NCBI RefSeq assembly: GCF_032444005.1
Contig: NC_091283.1
Location: 270,878,001-270,942,000 of the forward strand
DNA length: 64,000 nt
Source of the DNA: Ranitomeya imitator
Taxonomy: Eukaryota
Direction of reading: 5' to 3'
The notes below the pieces were generated by a model. That model saw only the letters and a list, made by a program, of their open reading frames with translations. It did no database searches and was not told where the DNA came from. This document shows positions 60,998-64,000 of the stretch, piece after piece. The position numbers and the translations under genes are program-made. Position 1 is the stretch's first letter. The number at the start of each line of letters is the position of its first letter.

Positions 60998-61897
60998 TGC
61001 ATATGTCATTAGCATATTAGCAAAGAATACAGTATTCATTGTTTCCACCGATGTTACAGATGATGATGGGTCTTCCGGCATCCATCCTTTTATATAATAG
61101 AAGGGAACGTGTGGGATGAGATGGCGACTCTTGCCAGTCTCGTGACCACCATCACAAAGATCTGAGCTCCTTCGTATTCATATTGGGTAGCACAGAAGAT
61201 GCCATTATTCGGGCTGGTCAAAGTGGTGGTGGCCGACCCAGGCCGTCAACACGAGAGGAGACTCTGGTCAGCCATCCTCAGTACAGCAGTGATCTGAGGA
61301 GCAAATCATCCACCACCACATACAGTTCTTGGTTCCCGGCCTAATGAAGATCATTAAAGAGGACCTAGGTCCATGTCAATAGTGGGAAATTTTTGCTCTT
61401 TTCCCGCTCTCTTAGTATTACTTTTTTTTTGCCGTTTTTATAAACTCCGCCATGTGTTTCCAGAGAAGAGGACACTTTATATTTAGTGCTATATTTTCTG
61501 CTCTTTAGCAAGATGACGTTACTCAATGGGTAATTATGCAGAGCAGTCTATAGACACGCCCCCGAGGATCCTGTCAGAGAGTTCCTCCTCCCTGGAGCCA
61601 TATGCCGGATTTAAGGAAAGCTGCAATAAAACTGAATTCTCAGGTGAACAAAAACGGAGTGAGGGTGCAATTTTAGATAGAATGGCGGAGATCTGTCTAA
61701 TATGGTCCATTGTTAGGTATCTTATGATCAGAGATTTGCCTTTGTATAAACTCTGTCACATAGAAGGAAATCGCTCGTGATGATAAATAATTGTCTCCCC
61801 CCCCCCCCCCATAAATCTTGAGTATGTACAAGACTTTACGCGTAAATGGAGGTATTGATGAAATAACCTGGTCCTTGTCATTTTTCAGGCTGGAGAC

Positions 61898-63989
61898 ATG
61901 CCGAAATGTCTTGTGAAGGGCTGTCAACATTCCTCCGGGAGGAAGAGCAGCATCCCCGGAGTGACTCTACACCCGTTTCCCAAAGACTTGGCCATCATTA
62001 AAAAATGGCTCCTGCAGACTAACCAGGACTTCGGGGACCTCGACTTGTTTGCTCAGGGAATTCTGCAAGGACAGTTGGGCGTTTCTCGAATCTGTTCTGT
62101 GCATTTTGCTCCCGAATGTTACCGCTTAGTTGGCTCAGAAAAGTTGCTTTTGGATGGAGCGATTCCAACCAGATTCCCGGATTTAGATAAACCAACAACA
62201 AGAACAGAGGCTGCCGTCAATCCTGCCTTACAAAACCTTATCCTGCCTAAAGGCTTGTGGGCCAACAACGTCTCTGTGGCTTCGAGTATGGCTCCATGGG
62301 GATCGGACATTAAAAGTAGTCAAGCCAATATGGCAGCCACCAATACCATGGGTATTGGCAAATCCTCCCATCCCACCAAGTCCCGTGTTAATTTACCAGG
62401 CATCGTGCTGAGCTCTGAGATGGGTGCATTGCACACTGACACGTCTTCTGGGAAGGTCCACAGAGCCGTCCAGTGGCCGGAATATGAGCACAATGTGAAC
62501 GGAGAAGCATGGAAAGTTCTGCACGACCATTACTACCGCGTGCCGTCTGGCACCAAGTATCAGGACATAAACCGGTACTCGCTCTTGACGGACTACATGT
62601 CGGGGTATGGAATTATGAGCTACTCTGGAGAATCTTATTGGGAGAATGAACTGGTGCGTTGGCTGCTGGTCTGGTTTTGGAGATGTTTGGTGCTTTTGCC
62701 TTTGTCACCTTCTGCCATGTGTTCTTCCCCGCAGTTCTCAATGTTGCAGTGCGTGGCAAGTTTTGTCACGGTGAACCGAAATAACAACATAAAAACGGCA
62801 AGAATCCTAAACCAAGCCCTGGATATCATCTCCACGTTGTCTGAGGAGGTGAGCCTTTCTGCATCTTTGAGGGAAAAATTGGAAAAATTTGGGTTTTAAA
62901 GGTTTATGTCGAGAGGTTTTCCCCTCCCATTACTAGAGATGAGTGGATCCCTGTGCACAGCCATGGTCCAGGTCAGGGCTAGGCCAATTTCGTGAGCTCC
63001 TGAGTTCATTTGCCAGCCAATTGTGACGGCTATCAGGTGGTCTTGTCATGAGCTGTGCCTGCGATCCCTGAGGCTATGGTAATTTGGGCAGCTACTGTAC
63101 ACGACCAGAGAACACTGACCTGGACCAGGGTTGTGCACAGCCATCTTCTCACCCCTACCTAGATAAGTGCTGGACTGCTGAGGACCTTACTGCTACCACC
63201 CCTCATTTATTAAATCAGGGGGTCACAGTTCCACTCTGCACATAGAATTAACGGGAACTTTGAATGGAGGGTCTGTCAACCATGTGCCCTTCTGCTCTAT
63301 ATAGTGTCTACAGGCCATACGTGCATGCTCCAAGGACCCTGTAGTGAAAGTCTGCTGAAGGTCCCCATTGCTGCCATGTTGGAGACCCAACCATAGGCTG
63401 GGCTTCATGAGAGACCATGATTTTAGGCATATTCTTAGCCTCGGTTGGAAGGATGTTGAAGCATATTCACCATGAGCTGTGGACCCTCGCTGCACGGGAG
63501 TCTGTGAGTTCATTGTAACTTCACCCCTCCCACCACTGGAGGCGCTGTTTCTTCTCAGTGATGTGAGAATTGTGCTACAAACCTGTGGAAACTGTAGAAA
63601 GGCTCCTGGTGCTGTGATTGGAGACTGGATGCATTGGGGTCTGTCGGCGCCCGATAAGTCTCTAGATTTCCCCGTTCCTCAGTGTTCACATCTTGTTTTC
63701 AGGAATGGGTGATCGTGAACAAGAACTCCATCAATAAAGGTCTGCAGGAGCTGACTGGAGAGGTGAGCGGTTGTCCGGTTTCATCCTTGATGTCAGACAT
63801 TCGCTGGCTGCTCATATAAAAAATACCGTTGTGTTTCCCAGTTTCCCGTTAAGTGTGACGATGTAGCGGTATACTTCACGAAGGATGAGTGGAGCTATAT
63901 AGATCAGCACAGGGCGGACTACCAGGACTTTCTTACTGACAATAAACCAGCGAATCACACGTGGGAAGTCCCCGAACACTGGGATTCTG
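61898..63989 (+). CDS. THAP + KRAB-A-like gene, partial; exons 61898-62653, 62735-62848, 63703-63762, 63842-63989; continues beyond the window
   Basis: THAP MPKCLVKGC...TLHPFP...KKWL...ICSVHF...AIPTRF; 114-nt ARILNQALDIISTLSEE exon; FPVKCDDVAVYFTKDEW. Splice phases 0,0,0,1 match the minus-strand paralog. Acceptor tcatttttcag 9 nt before the ATG. Confidence 0.8.
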
Positions 63990-64000
63990 GTAAGAAATGG

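Noticed and set aside
62594-62600. Donor gg|gtatgg ending the THAP exon of the plus gene
   Set aside because: Phase 2 is incompatible with the downstream phase-0 acceptors; ctg|gtgcgt at 62653 fits and mirrors the paralog.

Overview
Repeat-rich eukaryotic DNA, inferred to be from a frog (anuran) genome because of its repeat families and XlCOF-like KRAB-ZNF motifs. About 40% is minisatellite, which explains most long ORFs in the track. Manual splice reconstruction finds four candidate transcription-factor genes built on transposase-type DNA-binding domains. (1) Two minus-strand paralogs start with a Tc1 transposase N-terminal HTH exon. One is complete as HTH-linker-2xC2H2 (17585-19986); the other (2362-3649) appears to continue past the window start. 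(2) Two divergent THAP + KRAB-A-like paralogs share a bidirectional promoter near 48.0-48.3 kb. One is a 790-aa 2xTHAP-KRAB-like-6xC2H2 gene (30426-41664, minus); the other starts at 61898 (plus) and runs off the window end. Also present: an intronless TRIM pseudogene, a near-intact DIRS1 retrotransposon, three Penelope-like pieces with hammerhead ribozyme motifs, a palindromic Sola2-like transposon with two right ends, a solo LTR, an L2 fragment with partner SINE, and Tc2-, piggyBac- and Harbinger-type MITEs. Coordinates were counted by hand. Exon and TSD boundaries were checked base by base; array edges are approximate. No database searches were run, so family names and novelty claims need confirmation.
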